Of a stretch of 34,434 nt of DNA, positions 34,173-34,434 are shown one piece after another. The position numbers and the translations under genes are program-made. Location of the stretch: contig CBFFRP010000264.1 of the NCBI GenBank assembly GCA_965644295.1, positions 1 through 34,434 of the forward strand, given 5' to 3'. Each line of letters opens with the position of its first letter. Position 1 is the first letter of the stretch. This DNA comes from Paraphysomonas bandaiensis (lineage: Eukaryota > Protista > Chrysophyceae). The notes below the pieces were generated by a model. It was not told where the DNA came from and searched no databases. It saw nothing but the letters and a program-made list of their open reading frames with translations.

Positions 34173-34434
34173 GGATCTGATAATCAGTCATTTAAATTCT
34201 ATTGTCTTGGCCTTCGTGTAATATTGTCAACAACATTTAAAACCGCTACGTTGTACATATATGCATTTCTTTTATTGAAAAGTTATGGTTTTTTCATTGA
34301 AATCAATGAAATAAACTATGAACAAATCCTTAAAATGCCTATATTTTATAGAAACACTCTTTTTTTAGTCAAAACCCCGATTTTATTATAAAAACTATGG
34401 ATATTTGAGCCCACACTGTATACTGTATATACAG

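Overview
AT-rich eukaryotic genomic DNA with short GT-AG introns (mostly about 43-100 nt). It is probably from a stramenopile, an inference from HSP70 ending in GPKIEEID and from the gene style. Genes: a Zn-ribbon/tRNA-binding OB-fold gene head-to-head with an intronless cytosolic HSP70; a second, nearly identical HSP70 5,978 bp downstream; NOC4 (CBF/Mak21); VPS26 head-to-head with TBC1D19; a soluble-adenylyl-cyclase-like gene (two class III cyclase domains plus a STAND NTPase) with guanylyl-cyclase-like specificity residues; and an intronless 111-aa gene with a bacterial-looking RMSFDGYGCC motif. Intergenic DNA is rich in mobile elements: three copies of a non-autonomous hAT element (8-bp TSDs, relic dimerization-domain coding sequence), a 132-bp MITE nested in one of them with its empty site visible in another copy, four copies of an unclassified ~360-bp hairpin-rich element, a second dispersed repeat, a perfect 106-bp tandem duplication and (TACA)n microsatellites. 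No rRNA, tRNA or CRISPR array was recognised. All gene models and alignments were made by eye.
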